Source: Calditrichia bacterium
GTDB taxonomy: Bacteria > Calditrichota > Calditrichia > RBG-13-44-9
Assembly (NCBI GenBank): GCA_037381445.1
Contig: JARRQT010000144.1
Coordinates: forward strand, 1-17,496
Length of the DNA: 17,496 bases
Reading direction: 5' to 3'
Shown one piece after another: positions 15,631-17,496 of the stretch. The translations under genes were made by a program, and so were the position numbers. Positions within the stretch are counted from its first letter, which is position 1, and the number at the start of each line of letters is the position of its first letter. The notes under the pieces are model-generated. The model was not told the DNA's origin. It did no database searches and saw nothing but the letters and a program-made list of their open reading frames with translations.

Positions 15631-16956
15631 GTGGATCCATTTTTGATTTCAATTTCTAAAGATCACACTAAAGAAAAAGCGGTATTGACCGGCGTTGAGC
15701 TTCCCGGTCAGTTGAACGGAGAAACCCGGGAAAATCTGAAAGAGTTGGAGCAGCTCTCTTTTACCGCAGGCCTGGATGTGGTGGGTGAAATGATTCAGGA
15801 AAGGCAGAAAATTAATCCCGCTTATTTTATAGGCAGCGGAAAAGTCGAAGAGCTCAACATTCTGCTAAAATCCAGGGACGCGGGCGTGGTTGTGTTTGAC
15901 GAGGATTTGAGTCCGGCCCAAATCCGCAACCTGGAGAATGCGCTGGATGCGAAAATCATCGACAGAAGCACCCTCATTCTGGACATATTCGCCAAACATG
16001 CCCGCAGCCGGGAGGCCAAAACACAGGTTGAACTGGCCCAACTGCAGTATCTGCTGCCCCGGCTTACCCGCCAGTGGACGCACCTTTCGCGTCAGGTGGG
16101 CGGTGTGGGAACGCGGGGTCCAGGCGAAACACAGCTGGAAACCGACCGGCGCCTGATCAGAAAGCGCATCGAAAAGCTGCGCAGCGAACTGAGCCAGATT
16201 GACAAGCAGAGAACCGTTCGGCGCAAGAACCGTGAAAACAGCTTCCGGGCGGCTCTTATCGGATATACCAATGTCGGCAAATCAACGATGATGAACCTGC
16301 TGAGCGGCTCCGAAGTGCTGGTGCAAAACCAGTTATTTGCCACCCTGGATTCCACAGTGCGGCGGGTTCAGCTTGACAACGATCATCAGATTTTGCTCAG
16401 CGATACGGTCGGTTTTATCCGCAAGCTTCCTCCCCACCTGGTGGCTTCCTTCAAAAGCACCCTGGATGAAGTTAAAGAAGCCGATCTGCTGCTTCATGTG
16501 GTGGATATTCACCACACTCATTTCAGGGAGCAAATGCAAACAGTAATGCAGGTCCTGGAAGAACTTGATTCCCACCGCAAACCGATTTTGATAATTTTCA
16601 ATAAAATCGATCTGCTTAACGAAATGGGCATCATCGGTTCTCTGAAATCGCAATTCCGCAATTCTGTCTTCATCTCCGCTGCACGGCACATTGGCATTGA
16701 ATCGCTGAAACAAAATATTGTGCAATTTATGGAGCGTAATTTTGTCACGGCACGTTTAACAGTACCAATGGAACAGCAGAAATTTCTTCACTATATTCAT
16801 TCGGTGGCACTGGTGGAAGACCAGAAACACGAAGGTATGGAAACGGAAATTACTTTCAGATGCAGCCGGCAGATTTATAACCGGATTTTGCAGAAGCTGG
16901 GCGAGATCTCGGAAGATGGAAATAAAATTCATTATGAGGAGGAGAAGACAGGATGA
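15631..16956 (+). CDS. hflX: GTPase HflX (ribosome-splitting factor)
   Basis: 'IGSGK.EE', 'LSPAQ.RNLE', 'ILDIFA.HA', 'QVELAQL.Y.LPRL', '[12 protein letters not shown]', G1 'GYTNVGKST', 'LFATLD', G3 'DTVGFI', G4 'NKID'. Start uncertain (GTG 15631 or TTG 15643; GGAGG at 15625-15629). Confidence 0.97.
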   Translation: MDPFLISISKDHTKEKAVLTGVELPGQLNGETRENLKELEQLSFTAGLDVVGEMIQERQKINPAYFIGSGKVEELNILLKSRDAGVVVFDEDLSPAQIRNLENALDAKIIDRSTLILDIFAKHARSREAKTQVELAQLQYLLPRLTRQWTHLSRQVGGVGTRGPGETQLETDRRLIRKRIEKLRSELSQIDKQRTVRRKNRENSFRAALIGYTNVGKSTMMNLLSGSEVLVQNQLFATLDSTVRRVQLDNDHQILLSDTVGFIRKLPPHLVASFKSTLDEVKEADLLLHVVDIHHTHFREQMQTVMQVLEELDSHRKPILIIFNKIDLLNEMGIIGSLKSQFRNSVFISAARHIGIESLKQNIVQFMERNFVTARLTVPMEQQKFLHYIHSVALVEDQKHEGMETEITFRCSRQIYNRILQKLGEISEDGNKIHYEEEKTG

Positions 16957-17366
16957 AATTTGCGACCGAATACGTGTGGTTTAATACCGGGAAGAAAAGA
17001 GAATATATCAACATTACCGATAAAGTGGAAGAAATTGTCCGGAAAAGCGGTGCGCAGGAGGGAATGGTGCTTGTGAGCGCCATGCACATCACGGCAGGTG
17101 TTTATGTGAACGATGCGGAATCCGGATTGATACAGGATATTGATGAGTGGCTGGAAAAGCTGGCACCCTTCAATCCTAATTACCGGCACCACCGCACCGG
17201 CGAAACCAATGGCGATGCCCATCTGAAAAGCATGCTGGTGCACCACGAGGTCATTGTTCCCATAACAGAGGGACGCCTCGATCTGGGACCCTGGCAGCAG
17301 ATTTATTACGCGGAGTTCGACGGGCAGCGGCGCAAGAGGCTGATCATCAAAGTGATGGGGGAATAG
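16953..17366 (+). CDS. yjbQ: YjbQ / UPF0047 family protein (secondary thiamine-phosphate synthase)
   Basis: 'HITAG...N..E.GL..D', 'Y.H......NGDAHLKS', '[16 protein letters not shown]'. ATGA overlap with hflX; GAGGAG SD. Confidence 0.92.
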   Translation: MKFATEYVWFNTGKKREYINITDKVEEIVRKSGAQEGMVLVSAMHITAGVYVNDAESGLIQDIDEWLEKLAPFNPNYRHHRTGETNGDAHLKSMLVHHEVIVPITEGRLDLGPWQQIYYAEFDGQRRKRLIIKVMGE

Positions 17367-17496
17367 GAAAGCGATATCGGATGGTTCTTTCTGCCTATTG
17401 TGAAGTCATTTGAAAATTCAGAATTTTTTATGCGCGGTTCGGCATAGCAGAATAAAATTATAACCGGATACGGATGGAAAAAAATGAAAGCAAAGC

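Noticed and set aside
17413..17450. Short palindromes AAAATTC-A-GAATTTT and TATGC-N8-GCATA after yjbQ
   Set aside because: AT-rich or short stems without a proper U-tract; not enough to call a terminator or operator.
17474..17496. Possible start of a next gene (ATG 17474 or 17484)
   Set aside because: Only a few codons before the window edge; cannot be supported.
1..17496. CRISPR array, tRNA/rRNA, IS, prophage or defence system
   Set aside because: No spaced direct repeats, cloverleaf or rRNA-like sequence, transposase, integrase or nuclease motifs seen; all intergenic gaps are under 300 bp.

Overview
Gene-dense, chromosomal-looking bacterial window; the gene content suggests an FCB-related lineage such as Calditrichota (inference only). 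Positions 34-10133 are a + strand run, partly translationally coupled: GT2 glycosyltransferase, DUF2723/TMEM260-like GT-C membrane protein with C-terminal TPRs, UPF0104/LPG_synthase_TM flippase-like protein, DUF4837-like lipoprotein, purE, PfkB kinase, rfbD/rmlD, polyprenol-phosphate mannose synthase, accA and a Trm112-like protein. Next come a hypothetical protein with an internal duplication, two minus-strand genes (Yip1-like protein and a 4x Ig-like-domain lipoprotein), and BatA/vWA protein, hflX and yjbQ on the + strand. I saw no RNA genes, CRISPR arrays or mobile elements. The best candidate for an undescribed system is a bacterial TMEM260-type protein O-mannosylation locus (transferase, lipid-linked donor synthase, flippase, extension enzymes, nearby Ig-domain candidate acceptor). 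The clearest anomaly is an abrupt junction at about 8932-8934, where the mannose-synthase gene loses its normal C-terminus and reads 133 bp into accA. This suggests a deletion or an assembly join.
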